Positions 39,361-53,169 are shown, counted from the first letter of the stretch. The stretch is 64,000 nucleotides of DNA from Octopus sinensis (GCF_006345805.1 NW_021833462.1:14924-78923), one strand, 5' to 3'. The notes: generated by a model from the letters alone, not told the origin. Translations and numbers: made by a program.

Positions 39361-39761
39361 GAAAGAATAGGTTATATAAAGGTCATCAGATGGAAAGTGA
39401 AACCTAATGGTAGAGTTAAAGCGTTTATCGTTTTAAAGTCGTAGCTTTACTGAAAACAAACCCACCATTTTACACTCTGTTCGGAAATCTATTCTTTCTG
39501 CAGTTCGATAAATTTGTGACCCAAGTGCCACATTGTGTGCCATTCTCCAGAAAGTAGCTGCCCGCTAAAATTACTCATTGAAATTCCAGCAACGAATTAC
39601 ATTTAACCCTAGGCTTTTAATTAGATGGGGTTTTTTTGCGTTCAGGGAACTAGTCATAGGTTGAATTAACGTCTGTACTTATCTCGTCAACATGTCTTCC
39701 AATTGATTAACAATAGCCCTTCGCAGAAACCCCATGCTTCGATTCTTTCAACTGACACACA

Positions 39762-39795
<34 letters not shown>

Positions 39796-39880
39796 AGGCA
39801 CCCACGCACACATGCACACACACACACACATATATATACATTTGTGTGTGTCGGTGTGTTGGTGTATATATATATATATA

Positions 39881-40107
39881 CGGTGAGCTGGCAGAAATGT
39901 TAGCACGCCGGGCGAAATGCGTTGCCGTATTTCGTCTGCCGTTACGTTCTGAGTTCAAATTCCGCCGAGGTTGACTTTGCCTTTCATCCTTTCGGGGGTC
40001 GATAAATTAAGTACCAGTTACGCACTGGGGTCGATGGAATCGACTTAATCGCTTTGTCTGTCCTTGTTTGTCCCCTCTGTGTTTAGCCCCTTGTGGGTAG
40101 TAAAGAA

Positions 40108-40110
<3 letters not shown>
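39881..40110 (+). mobile_element. SINE-A monomer inserted in (TA)n
   Basis: Full head, central domain and gtaaagaaata tail. Confidence 0.95.
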
Positions 40111-40138
<28 letters not shown>

Positions 40139-40801
40139 TGTAAATATTGACTTCACACAAATACGTTGCTTCCCGATACAGGCACAAGGCCAGCAGAACT
40201 ATAAATATTGAAAATTGTACCCACACACATACATATATATACACGCGCGCGCGCCCCAACATACATATAAACACACACACGCGCGCGCGCGCACACACAT
40301 ACATACATACAGCACTCCCCGTTCTAAACGAACTTACTTATCCAGTCAAGCGGAAAATACACTCCCTAACTACGCGCTAAAAAGCTATTTAAAATATCCA
40401 CATGACGTCTACTGACCAGCCTGAACAATAAGAATTTTCAACAACACTATTTTCGAAAATTCTAAACATTCACGTGACCTCTTTATTATGGCCAATAAGA
40501 AATTTTAGGCGGGACACTAGCCAAATTTTAACTTCTCTGGAGCCTTTTTTCTTACCCCAACACCAACTTCCATTCAAACATTCACGTGATCCCTTCATAA
40601 TGACCAATCAAAATTTTAGGCGCGAAACCAAGCAATCCAAAACAACTCTGGAGCCTCTTTTTTTCACATATAAGAGACAGACTCTAATCTCTCTTTTATA
40701 TTTTGATAAGCATAAGAAATGCGCAACCGGTAAAAAGAACTTTCACCTAATTAAATTACTTAAATTACTTCAATTATTTGTCAGCATTTTCTTCATTTCC
40801 T

Positions 40802-40854
<53 letters not shown>

Positions 40855-41168
40855 TATATACTTACACATACACGTACATACACGTTCTTGAGGTAAATAA
40901 CTTCATTTTACTTTGCTCTAGCGTTGTGTGGGGACCTGCATGACAGAGAATAAATTCGTTTGCGTATCGTAGAATGCGACTCGAAGATGTTGAGTTAGGA
41001 TTTTTACGCCGACCTCGTAAAACCCTCACCAGCAACGACTACCCAAACAGACCTATGTGTTGGAGGGTTGTTACCTGGGTGATGGCAGAAAGACCATCGG
41101 CCAGGAATAGCAGTGAATCACCAACAAATGCTGGATGCAGCGACGCGCGGTTGCAACTTCGTTTTTCC

Positions 41169-41258
<90 letters not shown>

Positions 41259-41850
41259 ACTGCTAGTCTGGACTCAACATCTTCAGTTTTAACCAACTTG
41301 CTCTGTTGTAAATAAAATATTTCAAAGGTTCAGATAATTCTATGTACGATTTCGGCATTTTTTTCTTTTTGATCATCCACGAACGAAAACCACCAGTTTT
41401 AACTTCTAACACCTAAATACTGGGAATATATAATTTTAATTTCAGTAAAGCTAATGAAATTGGAATTTTCACACTCTGTCATAACTAACAACATTTTGGT
41501 ATGATATGCCAATTTTCGACCAGTGTATGTGTGTGTGAGCGAGTATGTTGTATACACATTATGTATACGCACATGTGAGCCCACGTGCACGCATATATAC
41601 ATACATTTATATACATACATATGCTTCTATATAATATATATATATATATTATATATATAATATATATATATATATTATATATATATATATTATATATATA
41701 TATATCTTTTCTCCTTACTAGTTTCAGCTTGAGAGCTGCGGCTATGCCGGGGCACCACCGTTTATACACACACACACACACATACATATACACACACACA
41801 CTCATCCATATATATACATTTTTATTCACTAACTTCATATTATCCCTATA

Positions 41851-42212
41851 GTGGAGGCGCAATGGCCCAGTGGTTAGGGCAGCGGTTTCGATTCCCAGAC
41901 CGGGCGTTGTGAGTGTTTATTGAGCGAAAACACCTAAAGCTCCACGAGGCTCCGGCAAGGGATGGTGGTGATCCCTGCTGTACTCTTTCACCACAACTTT
42001 CTCTCACTCTTACTTCCTGTTTCTATTGTACCTGTATTTCAAAGGGCTGGCCTTGTCACTCTCTGTGTCACGCTGAATATCCCCGAGAACTACGTTAAGG
42101 CTACACGTGTCTGTGGAGTGCTCAGCCACTTACACGTTAATTTCACGAGCAGGCTGTTCCGTTTATTCGGATCAACCGGAACCCTCATCGTCGTAACCGA
42201 CGGAGTGCTTCC
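41851..42212 (+). mobile_element. SINE-R with 12-bp TSD and a deletion in the anticodon arm
   Basis: TSD attatccctata at 41839-41850 and 42213-42224. Confidence 0.95.
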
Positions 42213-43094
42213 ATTATCCCTATACTGATGTTAGCCTTTATATTTCATGATGTTTCTGGGATGGGAGAGTAGTTCTGGTTTGAGAGGAAATGTATTGAGT
42301 GACGAAGAATGGAAGAAAAATGCATGAGTGAAAGAAAGGATGTAGGGCAGATATAGGAAATGATAGAAAGTAGGAGGATGAAGGAAGGACGAAGGCAGCT
42401 TAATAGAACTGTTAATTAAATATAATTGCATGTAGAGTACGAAGGATTAGATTAGTGATTGAGAACCAGAAAGATAGGATGATAGAGAGAGAAATATCGA
42501 GAGAAGCAGCGATAGGGGTCGAGAGAGCAAGAGTGTGTGTGAGAGAGAGAAGGAGAGAGAGAGCGAGAGTGAGGGAAGAGAGTTAATGATGATATATTGA
42601 ATTTGTGAAGCTGTTATGATGTAGGGTCAGCGTCTCAGATTTCAAAGTTCAATTCCTTTCAGAAGAATCGAATAAAGAGAGAAAAGGAGAAGAAGGAAAC
42701 GAAATGCTGGGTGGACGTTGGAAGGTTGTTGGTGACGTTTCTCAAAGAATTTATGTCATCATGACGTAAATTTAGGGGTTCTCAACCGTTTCGCTACCGC
42801 TGACAACTTTCATTTGAATAAATTGCCCCGACAAACCTCAGGAGTTGGAAAGGTGTGTCATTTCATTAAATCGATTTTATTACATAACAACTGACACAAT
42901 TTCAATGCTGTCATCACTCAAATGAAACATAATTGAATAATTAGGGGCAATTTAGTTTCGACACACTGCGACCCTTTAAAATTTTGGACACCTTTCATGG
43001 AGTTCTTGCGCTGATTATGAGAATCTTGAAATGGCTTTCGCACCAAGGGAAGATTTGGGTTGCCGTCGAGTGAAAGATGACCTAACTACCCGTC

Positions 43095-43370
43095 GGTTTC
43101 GACGAGGAGTCTTCCAGTGGATTCGATCAGCAGGACAACCTACTTATGAAATTAACGTGAAAGACACGCATAATTTTAACGTAGATTAGCGTGACACACC
43201 GAATATGACATCGCTGGCCCTCTCGAAATTTCTGTCGGCTGAACTGACTGCAGCAAAGTTAAATATGTATTTTAAAGGACACAAAGTACCGCCGGGAGTC
43301 GAAATCAAGGTCTGAGGGTCGTAAGCCGAATACTCTAACTGCTAAGTCACGCACCTTCGGATTCATAGAA
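43095..43370 (-). mobile_element. Diverged SINE-R-like copy
   Basis: ccgtcggtttcgacga...tgaaattaacgtg matches the SINE-R 3' end; degenerate tRNA-like head at 43290-43370. Confidence 0.6.
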
Positions 43371-43388
43371 ACCGCACTGCTAATAAAT

Positions 43389-44335
43389 AATTTTTTTCTA
43401 CTCTTGGAACAGGGCTCGAAATTTTTGGGGAAGGGGCCAGTCGATTAGATCGACCCCAGTATGCAACTGGCACATAATTCATCAACCCCGAAAGGATGAA
43501 AGGCGAAGTCGACCTCAGCAGAATTTGAACTCAGAACGTAAAGACAGACGAAATACCGCTAAGCATTTCGTGCTAACGTTTCTTATTTCTTGTTGCCAAC
43601 AAGGAACTAAACATAGAGGGGACAAACAAGGACAGATAAAGGGATTAAGTCGATTACATCGACTCGAGTGGGTAACTGGTACTTAATTTATCGATCTCGA
43701 AAGGATGAAAGGCAAAGTCGACCTCGGCGGCGCACACGAAATACCTATTTCTTTACTACCCACAAGGGTCTAAACACAGAGAGGACAAACAAGGACATAC
43801 AAACGGATTAAGTCGATTACATCGACTCCAGTGGGTAACTGGTACTTAATTTATCGACCCCGAAAGGATGAAAGGCAAAGTCGACTTCGGCGGAATTTGA
43901 ACTCAGAACGTAACGGCAGACGAAATACCTATTTCTTTACTAGCCTGAAGGAGCTAAACACAGAGAGGACAAACAAGGACAGACAAACGGATTAAGTCCA
44001 TTATATTGACCCCAGTGCGTAACTAGTACTTATTCAATCGACTCCGAAAGGATGACAGGCAAAGTCGATTTCGGCGGAATTTGAACTCAGAACGTAACGG
44101 CAGACGAAATACCTATTTCTTTACTAGCCGCAAGAGGCTAAACATAGAGGGGACAAACAAGGACAGACAAACGGATCAAGTTGATTACATCGACTGGAGT
44201 GGGTAACTGGTACTTAATTTATCGAACCCGAAATGATGAAAGGTAAAGTCGACCTCGGCGGAATTTGGACTCAGAATGTAGCGGCAGATGAAATACCGCT
44301 TTGTATTTCGTGCTAACGTTTCTGCCAGCTCGCCA
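43389..44335 (-). mobile_element. SINE-A five-unit concatemer (184-bp period) with alternative terminal tail
   Basis: Junctions at 43745/6, 43929/30 and 44113/4; degenerate TSD cactgctaataaat (43375-88) / cacagttaataaat (44336-49), 12/14 identical. Confidence 0.9.
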
Positions 44336-44593
44336 CACAGTTAATAAATGACGGAATAATGTTGATGCCATCCACTCGCTTCTCTCCATTCAACGACAAA
44401 AGTAAAGCATAAAACGTGTCATTAGTTCCTCGTAAATTTTGTCTTGTCAGAGGTGGCGCCTCTCATTTGTAATATCTCCAAAATAGTTTTTGTCGGGGGG
44501 GGGGGGAAATAAATATTACTAACGTCAGGGAAAGGGGAAAACTTTTGCGTGCTTAGAATCTATCAGGTGAAGACACGATAACTGCATTAATGG

Positions 44594-44594
44594 T

Positions 44595-44627
<33 letters not shown>

Positions 44628-44693
44628 CAACACCACCACCACTACCACAACCACCACTACCACCGCTACTACTACTATTACTACTACTACTAT

Positions 44694-44728
<35 letters not shown>

Positions 44729-44893
44729 TTACTACTACTACTACTACTACTACTATAACACCACCACCACCACCACAACCGCAACCGCAACCACCACCAT
44801 CACCACCACCACAACCACCACCACCACCATCATAACCACCACCACCACACCACCACCACCCCACTACTATTACCACCACCACCACCACCACCA

Positions 44894-44959
<66 letters not shown>

Positions 44960-44980
44960 ACTACTACTACTACTACTACT
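44594..44980. repeat. (CTA)n/(CCA)n microsatellite; further CTA tracts at about 41169-41258 and 56190-56225
   Basis: Direct reading. Confidence 0.95.
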
Positions 44981-45291
44981 AAGCAAGCGCTGGAGCATCT
45001 ACGTGCTCACTTAACATGCTAAAAATAGCAATCCAACCTCTTTCAAATCACCTTCAGCGCCAAAGTTAGAATAATAAATGGAATGGGCATGGTTGGAATG
45101 CATTTGCTTTTAGATAAGCTTCTTCCACCAAATTTGATCTGGAACGAAGTAATTAACGATATCAACAAGTGTTGCTGTTGTTACTACTACTACTACATTT
45201 ATTTTTTTTTTTATAGAAATTATCTTCTGTGGAAATAACCACAAAAACAACAACAGAGAAATAATCTCACGGCAATAAAGATTAATAAACT

Positions 45292-45707
45292 GTCACACAC
45301 ACACGCACACACACATACACACGCGCACACACACACACGCGTGCACACAAATACACACGCATATACATACAAACAAACACACACACAAAACACACACAAA
45401 CCACACACACAAACACACACACACCCACGCCCACACACACAAACACCCACACACACACGCACACACACACCAACACACACACACACACGCACACACAAAT
45501 ACACACACACACACACGCACACACAAATACACACACAAATACACACACAAACACACCCACCCACACACACACACACAAACACGCACACACACGCCCACAC
45601 ACACAAACACACACACACACACATGCACATGCACACAAATACACACACATATACATACACACAAAGACAGGCACACACAAACACACAAAACACACACACA
45701 CGCACAA

Positions 45708-45740
<33 letters not shown>

Positions 45741-45762
45741 AACACACACACATACACACACA
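45292..45762. repeat. Degenerate (CA)n tract
   Basis: Direct reading. Confidence 0.95.
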
Positions 45763-46879
45763 TAACCACAAGCATAAAACATAAAAATCTCCCAGAATGA
45801 AAATCCCAAATGGCGCCTAGATTTCACTTTGGTTAAACGTTGTTCGTTGACCCAATTTTCATCGTTTTCCTGTAGATATATATTTTACTTCAGTGATAAC
45901 AGGGGGGGGGGAGACGGAACTCTGCAGTGGACTTATCGAGACAGTTATCAAACAATTCTGAGGGGGGCAATGTTCACATTTACATTATGATTTATGAATT
46001 TATTGTTTTGTTTTGTTTTTTATATTTATACGTGTCTATTATCGAAAAACATTGTTTTCGGCTTTTGTTTAACAATCTTTATCTGATGGAGCAGGGGGTA
46101 GGGGTGGAGTTTATACAAACAAATGATAAAACAAAAGCCCATTGAACCAATGAAAACAAAATGAAGAGCTCAAGTAGGGTTTAATGGTCAAAAGTTTACA
46201 AACAATATGAAGTATTGTTCGTATGGTGTGCGCTGTAGTCTAACTGGCAAAGTCCCAGTAAGTTGAGTTAACAATGCTGTTTCAAACCATGGTTGAGAAC
46301 AGTTCAGTCAATTTATCTGTTGATATTGTTTGGGAATATATAACACAACATTTTCCATTTACGCCTCGGTTTTAGAATATTGCTCTTTTAATCCTATAGA
46401 AATGATATAAAGAAAGTTTGTATGGTAATGTCTTTCATTTGTTATAATGCACTAACAAGGCTGCTATTGTACAAGACTTCAGTGGCTTATATAACTTACA
46501 AGCTATACTGGTAATAGTCTTCTGTGTTTAGCTCTGATTATACAAAAGAAGTGTCAATAAAGGAGACTGTCCTCATTCCCTGAGAAAAATTGATCTCTTC
46601 ATAGTGTTGATTATCAAGAGAAATTTGAGACAATCTAAGTCCTGTGGACAACTGCTGTTTAAGTTATCATCGTAACATTTTGATCAGCATCTTTTGATCC
46701 TTCCTCTTGCTGAAATAATACTAAGAACAGGGGAAAGGATGGGGCATCAGTCGAAAACTCCCCTGGACCCTACGAAGTAGACTCACTTTCATGAGAGTTG
46801 ACAAGTGCTACTTTAAAATTGCAGATGCTATTAAGATTTTCAGTGGAGAAATTTAATTTTGCCACATTCTATTCTACAG

Positions 46880-46923
46880 GGTCACACTGGCCTGAGATCC
46901 GGTCTACAGAGAAGGGATTGAAG
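46880..46923 (+). CDS. Candidate internal exon (44 nt, phase 1 to 0), peptide xSHWPEIRSTEKGLK
   Basis: Acceptor ttttgccacattctattctacag, donor AAG|gtgaga, one open frame. Confidence 0.45.
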
Positions 46924-47307
46924 GTGAGAAATAGTGTCGAGATAAAACAATCTCACCTAGCAACTGATCGTAAAACATGGTATGTGGAAGATTCAAGTCA
47001 GTGGATAATTTCAGACTACATAGAATTAATAGCTTTCAGGAAATTCCTAGCACATTAAGCAAGACCTAACAATTCCTTATTGATGCATGAAAAACAGCAG
47101 CTCACCATGTGAAGCTAAATTTTATATTTATATTTACATTTTATATTATATTTATATGATCGCATTTAACTGATTAAAGCCATTCCTAATTATTTCATAT
47201 ATCCGAATGTAAAAAGATAAATGGGTCCCTAGTCCAACGAATGTTAACAGGTTGATATTTAAAATCAGACCCATTAAAATTTTTATTTGATGATAGTGCA
47301 TTATATT

Positions 47308-47877
<570 letters not shown>

Positions 47878-48093
47878 ATATATTACAATGTCATCTTTTA
47901 TAGCCACATTAAATAAATAAATCACCAGTCGTAAATCACAAACGCCGTTCGAACTTAATTCTGATATACGTATGTATATATATAAATGTTTGTATGTGTA
48001 TATATATATATATACACACACATATATATATATTGACATATTTAATGTGTGTCTACTTGTGTCAGATGATATTAGCAAAATCATATATATATA

Positions 48094-48200
48094 GTGACGT
48101 ATATTTGCCATTTGAATATGGCTAACCCCTAAGGGTGGATGCTACTGTAGTTTGTAGCCCCAGGAAGGTTAGCCATATTCAAATGGCAAATATACGTCAC
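48094..48200. repeat. Perfect 34-bp inverted repeat around a 39-nt spacer; terminus of a repeat family also at 62375-62452
   Basis: gtgacgtatatttgccatttgaatatggctaacc (48094-48127) and its exact reverse complement (48167-48200). Confidence 0.95.
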
Positions 48201-48448
48201 GATGTGTTGTCGCTACTGTTTATACTCGCTCTGAGATTTATCATTGTTCATATATATATATAATTCAAATTAAAATGAGTAAGGTAAAAAAACTCGCAAA
48301 ACCCTAAGATTCCACACTGTTAGGACGAAATCAAAACGACGTGGTTAATAATCGAACATCTCAATAATTTAATCTATATATATATATACAGAGAGAGAGA
48401 GAGAGAGAGAGCAAAGTGTACGTGCGCCACTATATGTATATATATTAT

Positions 48449-48607
48449 GTAGGAGTGGCTATGTGGTAAGTTTCTTGCTTACCAACCACATGGTTCTAGG
48501 TTCAGTCCCACTGTGTGGCATCTTGGGCAAGTGTCTCCTACTATGCCTCGGGTCGACCAAAACCTTGTGAGTGGATTTGGTAGACGGAAACTGAAAGAAG
48601 CCCGTCG

Positions 48608-48641
<34 letters not shown>

Positions 48642-48874
48642 GTGTGGTGTGTGTGTGTGTGTTAGTGTTGTGTGTCTGTGTTGGCCTCCCCTACTATCGC
48701 TTGACAACCGATGCTGGTATGTTTACGTCCCGTACCCTACCGTCTAGTCTAACGGTTCGGCAAAAGAGGCCCGATAGAATAAGTATAGGCTTACAAAGAA
48801 TAAGTCTGGGGTCGATGTGCTCGACTATATATATATATGGCCACATATATACTGTAACAAATAAAAGAGTAAAA

Positions 48875-48876
<2 letters not shown>
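48449..48876 (+). mobile_element. SINE-C (diverged)
   Basis: Head aggagtggctatgtggtaag, CORE-like region and tail. Confidence 0.9.
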
Positions 48877-48918
<42 letters not shown>

Positions 48919-50132
48919 TATATAATATATATATATAATACATATATATATAAAATACAAAATGCGATAAGAACGCAAAACATTCAGGCAGCTAGGTGAT
49001 ACAAAGGGACCAAAAGCATCCAAATAGACGATACAAAAAACAAGGACGGGTCATTCGAAGCCCTCTATCCTCAGTCAAGCACCAGATTATCGTCACAATT
49101 TCGGCTGATTATTCTTGAGATGGCTCCAATATGGCCATATATATACATATATATATTCATATATATACATATATATATATATACTTAGATACGGACATAC
49201 ACCTCCACACCAAGATTGTTAGACCTTACAATCAATACGGATCTCCGACGACAGCATTAATTGTATAACTTTGGAGAAACGGCAATTGTACAGACTAAAG
49301 AAACTGATAATAATCGATTATTGGAAACTACATCAGTGATGACAAATGAACGTAGTGGTGGTGGGTGGTGGGGGGCTAGTATGTTGTCGAAACTGTTTGC
49401 TAACAGGAAGTTTTCGTTTAACTAAGTCTACTATGTAAAGCAAACAAAGGACAGGTTTAATTAAATTTTTAGATGCTCTTAAGAACGGCAGATAACCAGG
49501 TCTTTGAGTACCCTCCATCTACACCTCTGCCAGTTGTCTATTTAATAAAATCTGATCTGTGATGAATCATCAAGAACAGAAACCCTCATCAGTTTCACAG
49601 AATTCAGAAATTCCATGTCCGAACTTCACGATTGTGCTTCGCAAATGAATTGCCTCAAATGTACAGCGTACATACATAACACGCGCAAGCACCAACGTAA
49701 ACACGTACGCATGCTCACACTCACACACAAACCCACACACACCCCTAGACACACACGCTTGCATGCACACACACACACATAGTACATAGAGTTAGAGCGA
49801 TCCCAGCCAAGTGGTTGCAACGCATAAATGGAATGCGAAATAAAAGTGTGGAGTGGAGTGAAAGCGTTTGGATAGGCCAGGATAATGCATGTAAGACTCA
49901 AAAGAGATCTAAGGAAGAATGTTATGATCGAGTAAGTGAATCACAATGACCTTTTTGTGTGCACAGTTTTGCTGGGCTCAAATCTCATTTGCGAATCTTT
50001 GGTAAACGAACATCCAGCATCTATTCTGCCTATATTCTGCGCATATATATATATATATATACATACATACATAAGTATACACACAACACACACACAACAC
50101 ACACACACACACCACACCACACACACACCACA

Positions 50133-50185
<53 letters not shown>

Positions 50186-50196
50186 GTATACATACA

Positions 50197-50428
50197 GGGC
50201 GGCGAGCTGGCAACAACGGTAGCACGCCGGTTGAAATGCGTAGCCGTATTTCGTCTGCCGTTACGTTCTGGGTTCAATTCCGCCGAGGTCGACTTTGCCT
50301 TTCATCTTTCGGGTCGATAAATTAAGTACCAGTTACGCCGCACTGGGTCGATGTAATCGCTTTAATCCGTTTTGTTTGTCCTTGTTTTTGTCCTCTGTGT
50401 GTAGCCCCTTGTGGGTAGTAAGAAAGAT
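50197..50428 (+). mobile_element. SINE-A monomer
   Basis: Head, central domain and tail present. Confidence 0.9.
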
Positions 50429-50502
50429 ATATACACATACATATATATACCACATGTGTGAACACATATGTAATCTCTGTATTTGAATACGTATGTATGA
50501 AC

Positions 50503-50533
<31 letters not shown>

Positions 50534-51289
50534 TTGTAGTATATATATATATATATATATATATCTAGATGATACGTTAAATGAATACGACAGAATCACA
50601 GAAAAATTATAAAAGACAAATATTTGAAGTAACAATGTATCACACTGAAGAAGCATTAGAATGACATTTGATTAACATTCACTTCGCGCGGCAAATATTC
50701 CCGTTGACGTAAAAGACACCACACATACACACACACTACTCTACTCCGTTTTAAATGATATTTTATTACATTTGTGTTTATGGGCGTGGATGTGTGCAGG
50801 AATGTGTTAGTAGTGATCATATCACAGAGACTAATAAATCAAATGATAATGAGGAAGGTGATAATTAATTATGACGATGATGATGATTCCTTACTGCATT
50901 ACGAGGGCGCAGTGGCTCAGGGGAAGACGCTGGTTTCGATTGAAGCAACAGCAGTCGGTGACAATAGTTTTATCAGCGCCAGGTGAGGGAAACATTGAAG
51001 TTTAAAGTGGGAGAGTTGGAAATGATAGCACAGCGAGAGAGAGAGAGGAGAGAGAGAGAGGGGGAGAGAGAGAGGGGAGAGTGAGAGACGTGGGAGAGAT
51101 CACCGGATAAAATGCTTAGCGGCATGTCGTCCGTCTTAACGGTCTCAGATCAAATTCTGCCAAGGTCGACATTGTCTTTCATCGTTTCGGAGCCGATGGA
51201 AAAAAAAGTGCCAGTTATACTCTGGGGTTGATGTAATTGTTGACCTTGTGCCAAAAATTTTAAACCAATATTATTATCATCAGTATTAA

Positions 51290-51615
51290 GGCGGTGAGCT
51301 GGCAGAATCGTTAGCATGTCAGGCGAAATGCTTAGCGGTATTTCGGCTGCCGCTACGTTCTGAGTTCAAATTCCGCCGAGGTCGACTTTGCCTTTCATCC
51401 TTTCGGGGTCGATAAATTAAGTACCAGTTACGCACTGGGGTCGATGTAATCGACTTAATACCTATGTCTGTCCTAGTTTGTCCCCTCTGTGTTTAGCCCC
51501 TTGTGGGTAATAAAGAAATAGGTATTTCGGCTGCCGCTACGTTCTGAGTTTAAATTCCGCCGAGGTCGACTTTACCTTCATCTTTTCGGGGTCGATTAAA
51601 TAAGTACCGGTTGCC
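51290..51615 (+). mobile_element. SINE-A dimer (full unit plus 5'-truncated second unit)
   Basis: Junction gaaata|ggtatttcg at 51520/1; both units share the private variant tttcggctgccgctacg. Confidence 0.9.
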
Positions 51616-51852
51616 TCTACAGCCACCTTTATATTTCATGACTACATTTGTGATCGATCAGGTACCAAACAAGGATTCTAGATCATTATTTCGATTCTTT
51701 TTACTTAATTTCTGAGAGCGGTCAGATTCATTTTTAGCATTCGCGTTTTAAACATTTTCTTTGACTAATCTTTGAGATAACGTTGGCGTTGCTTTGGCGG
51801 AGGTTTGCGCTCTCTGCATGCTCTTGTTATTATTATTATTATTATTATTATT

Positions 51853-51885
51853 GAGTGAGAGAGCAGTGCATGCCATCAAAGTGAC
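51853..51885 (-). mobile_element. 33-bp stub of the 555-bp (TTA)n-embedded element
   Basis: gagtgagagagcagtgcatgccatcaaagtgac, identical to 33513-33545 and flanked by TTA repeats. Confidence 0.85.
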
Positions 51886-51949
51886 TATTATTATTATTAT
51901 TATTATTATTTTATTATTATTATTATTATTAATTATTATTATTATTATT

Positions 51950-52210
51950 TCCGTAGTTTTATTTTATAGCGTGCTTCACTTCACAACCGAGCGCAGCTCT
52001 ATGTGCCTTGGGTATGTGCTGTGATTTGTTGTGATGCTCTGATGGTTATTGTATGGAAAGTGTTCTGCGTAGGATGTGTGCAGTGCCTAGTAGTGCAATT
52101 TTCTGTATGTTATATGTGTTTGTAAGTCCTGGTGTTTTTGTTATGTATTTGTCTGAATATTTTTTTATCATGCCTAATGCACCTATGATTGGAATTGTTT
52201 CCGTTTTTAA
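51950..52210 (-). mobile_element. R4/Dong LINE 3' end (RLE C-terminus plus 3' UTR) within (TAA)n
   Basis: 52210-52046 translates LKTETIPIIGALGMIKKYSDKYITKTPGLTNTYNIQKIALLGTAHILRRTLSIQ*, the GALG...QK.ALLGTA.ILR end of R4/Dong ORFs. Confidence 0.9.
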
Positions 52211-52272
<62 letters not shown>

Positions 52273-53169
52273 GCTGTCAAAATAGGTTTATGCATATCTC
52301 TGTATGAATGTCGTATTGTGTAGTTTCTGTAATAACGTGATAATTCGTCTGTTATTCATAAGGAAGTGAAATGGAAGATGTTTTTTTAATATTAATATGC
52401 CTGTTTAAAAAAGGGTAAAATAACATATCTAACAAGGGGCTTGCCTTTTTTGAATTTAACTAAGATGGCGTCAAGAGATTGAGGCGAAAGACTAACTCAA
52501 ATACAATCACAAAGAAATATAAAGAATAGCATGAAAACAATTTTCAACAAGGCAATCATATTTTGGAGAAAGAACATTGTAATATTTCTGTAGGCGTTAC
52601 CAATTGCTGAGTGGACTTTTGCGGTTCTTTTGGCAATAACAACAATATTCATACAAATAATATTTTTACGAGTGAGAAGGTTTATAAAATCGGATGCAAT
52701 TTTACTGATTTTTCACAGAAAAATGTCGACATGAATAAAATACAGCAGAAGATGGAATTGCTACAGTGGTGTGTCACAAACTAAATACCTTTGTTGCCTG
52801 AAGAATTTGTGAGAAGACAGGCGAAAAGAAAACATTATGTGCAACTGACAGGTAAAGACAAAAATGTGGTGTGTGTGAAGTGTGAAGCGTTAGTGCAATT
52901 GTGAGGCGGAGTGGCCGGAACACTAACCCAGCCAGCTCTGAGTAGCGGGGTCGATAAATGTACTGGGCGCATAATATAATGGTTTAGACATATGGAGAGA
53001 TACCAGGTGGTATGAAAATGTTCTGTATCGCCCCAACAGATGGCAGCACATGATTGCGTGCACATTGAGAGCTAGCAGTGACCTTCATGAGGCAGTGTTT
53101 CAAGTGACATCACTCTATTTACTTCGTAAGTTATGAAATTCGTGTTTTAATGATCACCTGTATAATGTA

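Noticed and set aside
52400-52910. Possible piggyBac transposase C-terminus (SRRW, CVKCEA); also faint RTE-like pieces at about 10170-10400 and 63120-63350 and an endonuclease-like GGIALCV at about 110
   Set aside because: Only 1-2 short motifs each amid stops; too weak to list as features without a profile search.
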